This document shows positions 45,452-54,966 of a stretch of 64,000 nucleotides of DNA, one piece after another. The stretch lies in assembly GCA_038064535.1 (NCBI GenBank), contig JBBTSX010000009.1, forward strand, positions 1,603 to 65,602, written 5' to 3'. Below the pieces are notes generated by a model. It made no database searches and was not told the DNA's origin. It saw nothing but the letters and a program-made list of their open reading frames with translations. A program made the translations under genes and the position numbers. Every line of letters begins with the position of its first letter. Positions within the stretch are counted from its first letter, which is position 1. The DNA is from Patescibacteria group bacterium. GTDB lineage: Bacteria > Patescibacteriota > Minisyncoccia > Phycocordibacterales > UBA2100.

Positions 45452-46152
45452 CTATGATACGGAATATATTGAAACGCATAGCGCCGCTACGCCGGGCGGT
45501 ATTGCGTCTCAGGCGCGGGAAGCCGTATGTCAAAAGCTACTCGCAACTCGGTGAGGACATAGTCGTTCGTCATGTGTTCCGGAAGCTCGCGATTGCGCAC
45601 CCGACCTACATTGATATCGGCGCAAACGACCCCCTGCGGTTCAACAACACGGCGCTGTTATACGAGACGGGTTCGCGCGGTGTCACCATTGAGCCGGACC
45701 CGGCGGTTTTCAAAGAGATAGTGAGAAGGCGCACGCACGATATCAATCTCAATATAGGAATATCGGATGCGAACGGAGAAGCCGATTTTTATCGTTGCAA
45801 TGACGATAAACTCAGCACGTTCTCAAAGGAAGAGGCCGAGCGCGTGGCCCGCACAACGCCCGCCTTGTCGTTCGAGGTAATGAAAATCCCGACACGTACC
45901 ATAGGTTCCGTCATCACCGAATATTGCGGAGGGGTGTTTCCTGATTTCCTGTCGCTTGATGTAGAAGGTCTGGATTACATGGTGCTCAAATCCATTGATT
46001 ACGCGAAAAGTGCTCCGAAAATCATCTGCGTCGAGACCGCGCATGCCTACGATGAAATCGACAGCCTCCTCACATCAAAGGGATACACCAGACTTTCCAC
46101 AACGTTCCTCAATACAATTTATTGCAATACGGTACTCTGGGAGAGCCGCTGA
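45448..46152 (+). CDS. FkbM family methyltransferase
   Basis: SYSQLGED, IDIGAN, IEPDP, LSLDVEG. Confidence 0.9.
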   Translation: MTMIRNILKRIAPLRRAVLRLRRGKPYVKSYSQLGEDIVVRHVFRKLAIAHPTYIDIGANDPLRFNNTALLYETGSRGVTIEPDPAVFKEIVRRRTHDINLNIGISDANGEADFYRCNDDKLSTFSKEEAERVARTTPALSFEVMKIPTRTIGSVITEYCGGVFPDFLSLDVEGLDYMVLKSIDYAKSAPKIICVETAHAYDEIDSLLTSKGYTRLSTTFLNTIYCNTVLWESR

Positions 46153-46167
46153 TATACGCGGTTGTTT

Positions 46168-46812
46168 ATGGAACACGAACTTTCGTCACAAATAAATCCG
46201 GACCACTACGTCCACGGGTACGACCACCAGCCGCGCTGGCTCGCGTATTTCTACCAGATAGAGAATGTCCTGAAGCTGGGCAAACGCTCGATTCTGGAAG
46301 TGGGGCCCGGCAACGGGACTGTTTCCAATTATCTGAAGATGAGCGGCATGGATGTCACGACGGCGGATATCGACCCGGCGCACGGACCTACCGTCGTCGC
46401 CTCGATTCTCGACTTGCCGTTGCCGGACAATCAGTACGATGTTTCCATGGCGTGCGAAGTTCTCGAACACATTCCGTTTGAAGAACTTCACGTCGCCGTT
46501 TCCGAGCTTGCCCGCGTGTCCAAGGAGTATGTGATTATCTCGGTTCCGGATGTGCGCCGGACGCTCCTGTATCTGGTCTTGAAGCTCCCGTTTCTGCCGG
46601 AGGTGGCGTTGCGTATCCGCATGATGACGAGGAAAATACACGTATTTAACGTCGGACACTTTTGGGAGATAGGAAAACTGGAGTATCCTCCGTCCCGCGT
46701 GCGCGCCGTCATAGAAAGTTGCGGTCTGACGGTAATTGACGAGTTCGCCCCGCACGACGCGCCGTTTTTCCATTTTTTCATCATGCGCAAATCTAAAATA
46801 CAAAAGACATAG
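46168..46812 (+). CDS. Class I SAM-dependent methyltransferase
   Basis: LEVGPGNG, EVLEHIPF, ELARVS. Confidence 0.88.
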   Translation: MEHELSSQINPDHYVHGYDHQPRWLAYFYQIENVLKLGKRSILEVGPGNGTVSNYLKMSGMDVTTADIDPAHGPTVVASILDLPLPDNQYDVSMACEVLEHIPFEELHVAVSELARVSKEYVIISVPDVRRTLLYLVLKLPFLPEVALRIRMMTRKIHVFNVGHFWEIGKLEYPPSRVRAVIESCGLTVIDEFAPHDAPFFHFFIMRKSKIQKT

Positions 46813-46940
46813 AAAGCGGTGGCCGGTATGTTACGGCACAAAACCGATTTAAAAATCGACTAAATCTCGCACTTTAACACCCAGTGCTTTGAGTTTCTCT
46901 TTCCAAAACACATAGGAACCATTGGATGATTACTTCTAGC

Positions 46941-46994
46941 CCTTGTGCAGTACACTATAAGAAGCCGGTCGGCCGCTTATAATGTACTCTCTTT
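46941..46994. repeat. Downstream palindromic repeat of PaaX-like gene 2 (contains its stop codon)
   Basis: AGTACACTATAAGAAGCCGGTCGGCCGCTTATAATGTACT (46949-46988). Confidence 0.85.
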
Positions 46995-47546
46995 TAGACC
47001 GAAATGCCGGCGAAGACGCAGGTCGTTCTCAATGCTGTCAGCGATGATATAGAGAACTTCTCTGCCGAGACGATAATCTGCCTTGAGAAGAACGAGGATT
47101 TCCTCGGAGTCGAACGGGTGGACCCACACACTATCTTGTAATTTGACATACCCTATTTGAAATAGGGTGTCGCGCAGTCGCTGTCGCAATAATCGCTTTG
47201 ACTCTGGGATATCAAAAATGACGATGCGCCACCTGCCATCCCATTTGGTTGATTTGGGTGTTGAGCCCATTCGTGTTGCCAAAAAGACTTTGCCACGCTC
47301 CGTGAGTTGAATAAATCGCTTCCCAGACTTGGTCTCAACTGTAATGAGCCCGGCTCGTATCAAACGGCCAACGGCACCGCGCGCACTGTTTATATTCTTT
47401 TTAGTGATAGCTCTCCCTAATACTGAAAGGGTGTTGGGTGCAAGTGCGGTGAGAGCAATAATGCCGCCCAGTTGCAGAGTCGTAAGGATTGCTTCCCGTA
47501 TTTTCGTCCTACGCAACCTTCTCGCAGAGTCTTTTTCAATGCTCAT
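46977..47546 (-). CDS. PaaX-like protein (winged helix plus Cas2-like domain), copy 2
   Basis: RLIRAGLI...LTERG, WDGRWRIVIFDIPE, RQRLRDTL..IGYVKLQDSVWVHP. Confidence 0.88.
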   Translation of the reverse strand: MSIEKDSARRLRRTKIREAILTTLQLGGIIALTALAPNTLSVLGRAITKKNINSARGAVGRLIRAGLITVETKSGKRFIQLTERGKVFLATRMGSTPKSTKWDGRWRIVIFDIPESKRLLRQRLRDTLFQIGYVKLQDSVWVHPFDSEEILVLLKADYRLGREVLYIIADSIENDLRLRRHFGLKESTL

Positions 47547-47547
47547 T

Positions 47548-47591
47548 CCGGTACATTATAACAGGCCGGTCGGCTCGTTATAATGTACCGG
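47548..47591. repeat. Upstream palindromic repeat of PaaX-like gene 2; each arm carries a TATAAT
   Basis: CCGGTACATTATAACAGGCCGGTCGGCTCGTTATAATGTACCGG. Confidence 0.85.
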
Positions 47592-47647
47592 GTGTAGTGG
47601 GGATAAGTTGACGGAAATTAGCGTGGGTGTGGGATACTATTTCGCAT

Positions 47648-48298
47648 ATGCAAGACGCCGGAGGGTCGGGCACCGTTAGTCGTTTCGTCAAAATATGGCG
47701 CCGCGTCCGCTGGCCGCTCGGTATCATTGTGATTGTATATATCGCCCTCGTCATCTTGCGCATTCCTGCGGTGCTGGAGCAACGGCGGACGGCGGAAACA
47801 GTCGACAGGATTCATGCGCAAAGGCTCACGCTCGAAAATGTCGACGGCAAACATCTCCCGCCGCCGCCCGACCCTGCGCAAGTAGACGCGACGATTGAGG
47901 GTGTGGATGCAAACGCAAACGGCATTCGCGACGACGTGGAGCTCGCGATTTTCGAGAAGTATCCCAGCTCCCCGTATACCCGTGCGGCCGAACTGCAGTA
48001 TGCAATGGCGCTACAGATGTATTTGACCGAGGTTTTCAACTCGGAGACGTGGGTTGCGGTAGCAATTCGTTCGGGAAAAGGCTATGGCTGTCTATACGAC
48101 ACGGTACCGAGAGTGAAACTGTCGGATAGTGACGAAGTAATACAACAGACTTTTGAAATAGTCCAAAAACGAATTGATGAAACGGAAAATCTAGTTTTCA
48201 ACACATCAAAGCGAAAGCATGTATACGATGAGGTAAACAGAAAGTTTACAACATCTTTTGGTGGGTCAGCGGACAAAAGCTGCGACTTATCATTGTAG
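47648..48298 (+). CDS. Membrane-anchored hypothetical protein with LPPPPDP...GVDANANGIRDDVE motif
   Basis: N-terminal TM; Ca-binding-like DxNxNGxxD motif. Confidence 0.75.
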   Translation: MQDAGGSGTVSRFVKIWRRVRWPLGIIVIVYIALVILRIPAVLEQRRTAETVDRIHAQRLTLENVDGKHLPPPPDPAQVDATIEGVDANANGIRDDVELAIFEKYPSSPYTRAAELQYAMALQMYLTEVFNSETWVAVAIRSGKGYGCLYDTVPRVKLSDSDEVIQQTFEIVQKRIDETENLVFNTSKRKHVYDEVNRKFTTSFGGSADKSCDLSL

Positions 48299-48308
48299 AC
48301 ATCAAGCC

Positions 48309-50135
48309 ATGAGGAAGGTTTTTGTTTTTATCTTGCTCATCGTTTTTCTACCGAACGGAGTGATGGCATTGGGCTGCTCACTAAACGGGTATTCTGTGGT
48401 TTTCGTGAATGGAGTTTTAAACGATCAAGAAAAAGCGCAGGTTGGTAAGGCTGCATTGGAGGAAAAGTATAAGTTTCTTTCAAAGCGGAATGATGTTTCC
48501 TTTTATTTAGGACACAATCAATCGCACATTGCGGGGCTAGGCGACTTTGCTCAGTCTGTCGGACAGATTTTTGATAACCCGATTTCGTACTACGACCGAG
48601 ATACGATTCTTCGGGAAATGCATTCGAAGATTACAACTCGAAAGGTGCTGCTGGTCGGGCATTCGCAAGGCACGTTTTATACAAACGAGATATATAGCTA
48701 CTTAGTCGAGCACGGAGTACCGAGAGAATCAGTCGCCGTCTACAACCTCGCTACACCGGCGAGCCGCGTCGCGGGAGAGGGTGGCTACCTCACGTCCGCG
48801 AACGACCAACTCGTACTGCGAGTCCGGCAATACGCCGCAGCAGCAGGAGCCCCGGAGCCTTTGCAATCGAACATCCTTATTCCGATACGTGCTGAAGAGT
48901 CAACAAAATTATTCGGTGGGCACTCATTTAGCGGTGCTTATCTAACAGGAGCCGCCGCGAGAATCGTAGGAGATATCGAAAAAGCGCTCTCCGAGCTCAG
49001 AGCGTCGGAAGTATCTGAGTCCGATGGTTGTTTCACTCCACCTTCGGCGACGGTGACCTACAAAGTCCAAAAGCTTGGATTTGCCGCACTGGACCCGCTG
49101 GCCAACAAGAGCGTCAACGCCGCCGCGGGGACAGGGAAGGCGATTGCCGCCGCTACGCAAAAAGCATATGCCGCCGCCGCGGCTCTTGCCCGGACCATCA
49201 AGAGCGCGGTTGCCAACTTTACAGGAAACACTCAAGTGAGCGCGGCAACACAAGGCGCCGCGGCGGCGTCGGCACTGCCGGCGAGTCCGTCTCCCGTGCC
49301 CCGGGCGGCGGTCTCCGCCAACACCGCGCCGCCCACCGCTTTGGTAGTAGCTCCGGCTCCGCCTGTTCCCAATCCGCCAACGCCTACGCAGACTGAACCG
49401 CAGCCAATCCCACCGCCGGCACCTGCTCCCGCGGCAATACCCGCGCCCTCGCTTTTTCCCATTTCACCAGGCTTTGGCGGCGACGGCGGGGCCTCGGCCC
49501 CGAGTGTAGCGGCTGAGGTCGAAGAGCCGCAACCGGCGCCGGTCGTTTTTGTGCCCTTGGCGGTCACCGCGCCGGCCGATGCTTCGCTCTTCGTCACCTC
49601 GTCGGTCACAGTTGCCGGCACCACGACTCCTGGTTTGCTCGTCGTGTTTTCATATGGGACAGATACTGCCAGCACGACCGCCGACACGAACGGAGACTGG
49701 TCGGCAGTCCTCGTGCTTCCGGAAGGAGCGACGGCGCTGGGGATCGTCGCATCGGACGCCGACGGCAACACCTCCGATGCATTGACGCGCAGTATCACCA
49801 TCGACACGACGGCACCTGCTACGCCCGTGTCGGCCATTACCGAATGCGCCGCGTTCGGCTCCGGCTACTGCGAGATAGCGACCACGACGGTGAACGTGTC
49901 ATGGAGCCCCATCGCAGACGCTATCTATTACGCGCTCACAAAAGACGCAGCAGTCACCGCAACCACCACGGCAACGAGTGTGCAGTTTGTTATCGACAAC
50001 AATGCCACGACGACCTTTTCCGTCGCGGCATACGACATGATTGGTAACGGCGCAACGTCGACCGATGTAAGTGTGTACGTGCACATTCCCGCGCCCCCGC
50101 CGCCACCGTTACCTCCTCCGCCCATGATGATGTGA
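48309..50135 (+). CDS. Secreted alpha/beta-hydrolase (lipase-like) with Pro-rich linker and Ig-like domains
   Basis: Signal peptide, VFVNGV, LVGHSQG nucleophile elbow, GHSF, Pro/Ala stalk, Thr-rich beta domains (IDTTAP). Confidence 0.78.
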   Translation: MRKVFVFILLIVFLPNGVMALGCSLNGYSVVFVNGVLNDQEKAQVGKAALEEKYKFLSKRNDVSFYLGHNQSHIAGLGDFAQSVGQIFDNPISYYDRDTILREMHSKITTRKVLLVGHSQGTFYTNEIYSYLVEHGVPRESVAVYNLATPASRVAGEGGYLTSANDQLVLRVRQYAAAAGAPEPLQSNILIPIRAEESTKLFGGHSFSGAYLTGAAARIVGDIEKALSELRASEVSESDGCFTPPSATVTYKVQKLGFAALDPLANKSVNAAAGTGKAIAAATQKAYAAAAALARTIKSAVANFTGNTQVSAATQGAAAASALPASPSPVPRAAVSANTAPPTALVVAPAPPVPNPPTPTQTEPQPIPPPAPAPAAIPAPSLFPISPGFGGDGGASAPSVAAEVEEPQPAPVVFVPLAVTAPADASLFVTSSVTVAGTTTPGLLVVFSYGTDTASTTADTNGDWSAVLVLPEGATALGIVASDADGNTSDALTRSITIDTTAPATPVSAITECAAFGSGYCEIATTTVNVSWSPIADAIYYALTKDAAVTATTTATSVQFVIDNNATTTFSVAAYDMIGNGATSTDVSVYVHIPAPPPPPLPPPPMMM

Positions 50136-50213
50136 GTTGGGAGGTCTGTACGCGAAAACATGTACGCGAAAACATTCGTACTATGGGCTCCTTGTGTTAT
50201 GCTGGCCGACACT

Positions 50214-51251
50214 ATGGCAAAACAGGCCAAGAAAAGACCAAGGACCATGCCGCGCAAGAAAAAGACGGCCATTATCACCGGTATCACCGGCCAGGACGGT
50301 TCGTATTTGGCGGAACTCCTGCTCTCCAAGGGGTATGAAGTGCACGGTCTCATGCGCCGCGTTTCATCGTTCGCCTCCACCAGCAGGATTGATCATTTGT
50401 TGGAGAATCCCGATTTTTATAAGCATTACGGCGACCTGGACGACAGCCCATCCATCAATGCGCTCATTGCCCGCATACAGCCGGACGAATTTTATAATCT
50501 CGCCGCCATGTCGCAGGTCGGCATCTCGTTTGAGATTCCACGCTACACCATCGTGGCGAATACACTCGGCGTGCTCACCATCCTGGAGACTATCCGCCGC
50601 TTCTCGCCGCACACGAGATTTTACCAGGCATCGAGTTCCGAGATGTTCGGGATCCCGGGAGTGCCCACCCCCTACAACGAGAAGACGCCGATGAATCCAC
50701 GGAGTCCGTACGGTGTCTCAAAGCTCGCCTCGTACCATCTGACGAAACAGTATCGCGACGGATACGGCCTCTTCGCGACCACCGGCATCCTCTTTAACCA
50801 TGAGAGCCCCCGTCGTGGCGAGAACTTTGTCACAAAAAAGGTGACGCAAGCGGTTGCCCGCATCAAGCACGGCCTGCAGAAGACACTCGAACTCGGGAAC
50901 CTCGAAGCGAAGCGGGACTGGGGCTGGTCTCCGGAATTTGTCGAAGCAATCTACCGGATCGTGCAGCACGACAAACCGGACGACTTCGTCGTCGCGACGG
51001 GAGAGACACATACCGTCGGAGAATTCGTCAAAGAAGCGTTCTCGTGCGCCGGTCTCGACTGGAAGAAATATGTAAAACACTCCGATAAACTGACGCGACC
51101 GAACGAGGTACCGCTCCTCCTCGGTGATGCGACGAAGATTAAGAAGACGCTCGGGTGGAAGCCGACGATGAAGTTTAAAGACATTGTGCGGGCGATGGTT
51201 GAACACGATTTGGAGCACCTCGGCAGCTTCCATCAGAAGCGCAACCTATGA
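50214..51251 (+). CDS. gmd: GDP-mannose 4,6-dehydratase
   Basis: ITGITGQDGSYLAELLL, YQASSSEMFG, PRSPYG, GILFNHESPRRG, KRDWG. Confidence 0.96.
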   Translation: MAKQAKKRPRTMPRKKKTAIITGITGQDGSYLAELLLSKGYEVHGLMRRVSSFASTSRIDHLLENPDFYKHYGDLDDSPSINALIARIQPDEFYNLAAMSQVGISFEIPRYTIVANTLGVLTILETIRRFSPHTRFYQASSSEMFGIPGVPTPYNEKTPMNPRSPYGVSKLASYHLTKQYRDGYGLFATTGILFNHESPRRGENFVTKKVTQAVARIKHGLQKTLELGNLEAKRDWGWSPEFVEAIYRIVQHDKPDDFVVATGETHTVGEFVKEAFSCAGLDWKKYVKHSDKLTRPNEVPLLLGDATKIKKTLGWKPTMKFKDIVRAMVEHDLEHLGSFHQKRNL

Positions 51252-51640
51252 TCCAAGAGATTGCCTCGGAGGGTACGGTCTTCGCGATTATCGCGGACAC
51301 AGCCGGCATGTCTGACGGGATACACCCGCTGACCGACCCTGCATTACCGCTCCAAGTGCTCATGCGCAAGCACGGGAAGGGACACCGGATTGGAAAGCAC
51401 GCACACAAGGCACTCGAGAGGACAGCGACACATCTGAACGAGGGCCTGGTCGTTATCAGAGGGGGGCTCCGTGCCCGTATTTTTGACGCCGGAGGAAAAG
51501 ACATCGGTACGTATGATGTCGCACCGGGACAGTGTTTGCTGATGCTCGGCGGCGGGCACGAGCTGGAGATGACGGCGGATACCGTCGTATTCGAATTCAA
51601 AAACGGACCGTATCGTGACGACAAGATCCCGCTTGTATAA
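51248..51640 (+). CDS. Cupin-like protein of glycan clusters
   Basis: H-x-H, E and GGGH ligands; EFKNGPY. Confidence 0.7.
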   Translation: MIQEIASEGTVFAIIADTAGMSDGIHPLTDPALPLQVLMRKHGKGHRIGKHAHKALERTATHLNEGLVVIRGGLRARIFDAGGKDIGTYDVAPGQCLLMLGGGHELEMTADTVVFEFKNGPYRDDKIPLV

Positions 51641-51650
51641 ACAATATTCT

Positions 51651-52856
51651 ATGGACGCCGCGCGTAAACGGAAAATCGCGATCGTGACTCCCTATGGTGC
51701 GCAGTCGCGTTTCGATAACTACGCCGAATTTATCCTCGGGCAGACTCTCCAAGAGAGGAATTGGCGTGTGCGCTTCTATACGTACGCGGTGTGGAGCGTC
51801 CCCGCATACCGGCACAGCACCACCTACAAAGGTCTCTCCGTCATCCGTTGCAGACAGCGCGTGGGGATTTCTCCGCATCTTTTCTTTGACATACTGTTCA
51901 CCCGGCCCGACGTGGTCATCTGCTTCCATCCGAAGAGTTTTCTGAACTTCACCGCATATATGGCGGCGCGACTGGTCGGCGCAAAGTTTGTTGCGGATAT
52001 CGTGGGAATCTTGCACGACCCGTACATAGTGAATGACACCGACTCGCCGGAAGACAACTTCAAATCTCCGATTCACCTTGTCACAGACTTCAGGGCGTTG
52101 TTGAAAGATGTGTCCGCACGCCGGCTTAAGGGTCTGTGGACGAATTACGTGTGTCACATGCCGACCAAGCACGCGGATGCCATCGTCTCCATGAACACCG
52201 ATGAGAAGAAGTTTGTGCAGATGATATACAATCGCCCGTCGGAACTTATCTACTGGAGCACGCCGCGATACATGGACTATACCGAGTCGAAGCCGGACGC
52301 GGATATCCCGGAACGTTTCTTTCTGTTCATAGGCCAGATCAAACTGCGCAAAGGATGGGACACGGCACTCGAGGCGATGGCCCGTCTGAAGAAAGAAGGG
52401 AAAGACGATGTGCATCTCGTGTTCGTGACACCCTTCAAAGACATGAGCGAGCCGATTGCCTACGCCCGCAAGCTCGACATTCTGTCTTCGGTGACGTTCC
52501 TGTCGGCGGTTTCAAACGAAGAGAAGGGTTGGCTCCTTACCCATTGCACGTACGTACTGATTCCGAGCCGGTACGAGGGATTCGGGCTGGTCGTATTCGA
52601 GGCGTTTTTGGCCAAGAAGCCGGTGTGTGCGACGACAATCAGGAGCTTCCTCGAATTCTTGGAGGACCGGAAGAATGCCATGCTCTATGCCCCGGGAGAC
52701 AGCGAGGGGCTCGCGCGCGCCGTCATCACACTCGATGCCGATACGGGGCTTCAAAAGACGCTGGTGGAAGAGGGTACGCGCACGGCGGAACGTTTTAACT
52801 ACAACCGCATGGTTGACGCATACGTGAACCTTTTCGATTCATTGGGAAGGTCTTGA
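51651..52856 (+). CDS. Glycosyltransferase family 4
   Basis: GQIKLRKG, PSRYEGFGLVVFEA. Confidence 0.9.
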   Translation: MDAARKRKIAIVTPYGAQSRFDNYAEFILGQTLQERNWRVRFYTYAVWSVPAYRHSTTYKGLSVIRCRQRVGISPHLFFDILFTRPDVVICFHPKSFLNFTAYMAARLVGAKFVADIVGILHDPYIVNDTDSPEDNFKSPIHLVTDFRALLKDVSARRLKGLWTNYVCHMPTKHADAIVSMNTDEKKFVQMIYNRPSELIYWSTPRYMDYTESKPDADIPERFFLFIGQIKLRKGWDTALEAMARLKKEGKDDVHLVFVTPFKDMSEPIAYARKLDILSSVTFLSAVSNEEKGWLLTHCTYVLIPSRYEGFGLVVFEAFLAKKPVCATTIRSFLEFLEDRKNAMLYAPGDSEGLARAVITLDADTGLQKTLVEEGTRTAERFNYNRMVDAYVNLFDSLGRS

Positions 52857-52877
52857 TGTATCTAGTAAGATAGCTGC

Positions 52878-53771
52878 ATGTCGAAGTCTAATGTACTTAT
52901 AACCGGAGCGGCGGGCATGCTTGGCAGTGCGTTTTCCGACGAATTCAGTACAGCGGAGTATGATGTCCGCGCACTTTCTCATGAGGAGCTTGATGTCACC
53001 GACAGAGATGCGGTACTGAAGGAAGCCGCTTTCGCGCCGGATATCGTCGTGCACACCGCCGGCATAGTAGATGCCGATTATTGCGAAGTGCATCGCGACG
53101 AGTGTTTCGCCGTTCACGCGGGCGGCACGGGGAACATCATCGAGCTGTGCCGGAAGACGGGGGCCAAGCTACTGTATCCGCAGTCGTTTCTTATCTTTGA
53201 CGGGAAGGAGCAGCCGATAACCGAAGAGACGGAGCCGCGCCCGCTGTCCGTCTACGGAGAGGCCAAGTGGGCTGCGGAGCAGGCGATACGGGATGCTCTT
53301 CCCGACGCACTCATCATCCGCATGGGAGGTTTTTTCGGCGGGTTTGAAAAAGACAAGAATTTTGTCGGCATGTTTGCGCGCTTCATGAAAAAGAATATCG
53401 ATGCGGGGAATCGCTCTCTCGTCGGCACGTCGCGGGTGTGGCAGCCCACGTCGACCGTGGCGCTGGCACACAATGCCCGTATTCTCATTGAGGCCGGCAA
53501 GTCCGGTGTCTATGCGATGGCGAGTCAGGGCAGTGCGTCGTTTTTTGATGTGGCGCGGGCGATGGTGGAGATCATGCATCTCGAAAATCGCATGACTATC
53601 ACCGAAGTCCCGTCGAATCATTTCAAGGAGAAGTGCAGGCGTCCGGAAAACGGGACAATGGAGAACCGGCGCTTGAAAGAGGAGGGGCTTGATATGATGT
53701 CTGAGTGGCGCGACAGTCTCGCGAAGTACCTCTCTGAACCCTACTTTACAGACCTTTTTTCATCATCATGA
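52878..53771 (+). CDS. RmlD-like NDP-4-keto-sugar reductase
   Basis: ITGAAGMLG, LDVTD, FDG, PLSVYGEAK. Confidence 0.85.
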   Translation: MSKSNVLITGAAGMLGSAFSDEFSTAEYDVRALSHEELDVTDRDAVLKEAAFAPDIVVHTAGIVDADYCEVHRDECFAVHAGGTGNIIELCRKTGAKLLYPQSFLIFDGKEQPITEETEPRPLSVYGEAKWAAEQAIRDALPDALIIRMGGFFGGFEKDKNFVGMFARFMKKNIDAGNRSLVGTSRVWQPTSTVALAHNARILIEAGKSGVYAMASQGSASFFDVARAMVEIMHLENRMTITEVPSNHFKEKCRRPENGTMENRRLKEEGLDMMSEWRDSLAKYLSEPYFTDLFSSS

Positions 53772-54811
53772 GCGAGTACACGTTTCTGACACCGTTCGAG
53801 AAGGAAGGACTTTCTCTTAAGAATCATCTCGCCATGACGGCGATGACGAGAAACTTCGCCGACGAAAACCATTGCGCCACGGATTTGATGCGGGAGTACT
53901 ACGAGCGCCGCGCGAAAGGGGGAGTGGGACTTATCCTGACCGAAGGCACGGTCATTCATCCCAACGCCGACGGATATCCGGATGTGCCATACATCTATAC
54001 CGATGAACAGATGGAAAGTTGGAAAAAAGTGGTGGCCGCCGTGCAGGCGCAGAACACCAAGATGTTCTGCCAGCTCTGGCACTGCGGACGCATCTCCGAC
54101 CCGGTGTATTTGAACGGAGGGATTCCCGTCTCTGCATCGGACCTGCCCGGTATAGGTGTGCACAGCAGGACCAAGAAACCGTTTGTCGCGCCGCGGGCAC
54201 TCCAGACAGTGGAGATTCCTGATATTGTCGACATGTTCGCCCACTCGACAAAGCAGGCGCTACGCGCGGGGTTTGACGGCGTCGAGGTACATGCCGGTCA
54301 CGGGTACCTCCTTGACGGCTTTTTTGACAGTAACGTGAATAACCGGACGGACGAGTACGGGGGTTCCGTAGAAAACCGCTGTCGCTTCCCGCTGATGGTC
54401 TTCAAGAGGGTGCTGGAGATTGCGGGACCTGTGCGCACGGCCGTGCGCATCTCCCCGTCGCGGGAAATGAACGGCTTGTACGAATGGCCGGATATTGAGG
54501 AGATGCTCGCCTATTTGATTCCCGAGCTTGACGGTATGGGATTGAAAATTCTCGACGTCAGCAGCGCCAGCAGCGATTATTGGAAGACATCGGGCCGCAT
54601 GGTGCGGGCCATACGACCGATGTGGCCGCACGTGCTCATCGCGGGAGCGAGTCTTCCGCCCGAAAAGGCCGACGAAGAGATACAAAGCGGCCTCGTCGAT
54701 ATCGTCACGTACGGAAGGTTTATCCTTGCAAATCCCGATTTTGTGGAAAAGATAACGAAAGGGGAAGAACTCGCGCCCTATTCCAAAGAGCTTCTGAAGA
54801 CTTTGTACTGA
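53768..54811 (+). CDS. Old Yellow Enzyme family flavin oxidoreductase (alkene reductase)
   Basis: MTAMTR, YYERRA, QLWHCGR, AGFDGVEVHAGHGYLL, NNRTDEYGGSVENR, YGRFILANPD. Confidence 0.92.
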   Translation: MSEYTFLTPFEKEGLSLKNHLAMTAMTRNFADENHCATDLMREYYERRAKGGVGLILTEGTVIHPNADGYPDVPYIYTDEQMESWKKVVAAVQAQNTKMFCQLWHCGRISDPVYLNGGIPVSASDLPGIGVHSRTKKPFVAPRALQTVEIPDIVDMFAHSTKQALRAGFDGVEVHAGHGYLLDGFFDSNVNNRTDEYGGSVENRCRFPLMVFKRVLEIAGPVRTAVRISPSREMNGLYEWPDIEEMLAYLIPELDGMGLKILDVSSASSDYWKTSGRMVRAIRPMWPHVLIAGASLPPEKADEEIQSGLVDIVTYGRFILANPDFVEKITKGEELAPYSKELLKTLY

Positions 54812-54816
54812 CTGGG

Positions 54817-54961
54817 GCATGTTTGACCTCCACTTCAGGGCGAGCCTCCCTGCGGTCGCTGTCTGCACCTGCTGGTGCAGCGCTCAATCTCGGCGTCGTC
54901 ACGCCTGCGAAGACCGCAGGGAGGCTCGCCCCTCGCTCCGGTTAAACGTTTTCAAACATGC
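54817..54961. repeat. Nested inverted-repeat element between convergent genes
   Basis: Outer IR GCATGTTTGA/TCAAACATGC; perfect 20-bp inner IR 54838-54857/54912-54931; two small internal hairpins. Confidence 0.8.
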
Positions 54962-54966
54962 GCTAG

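Noticed and set aside
30937-47546. CRISPR-Cas locus suggested by two Cas2-like domains
   Set aside because: No repeat-spacer array and no cas1 or effector genes in the window. The proteins have an N-terminal wHTH typical of PaaX-like proteins, and only two repeats flank each gene.
50147-50174. Tandem 14-bp repeat TGTACGCGAAAACA x2 upstream of gmd
   Set aside because: Only two adjacent copies with no spacer; it cannot be distinguished from a simple slippage duplication.
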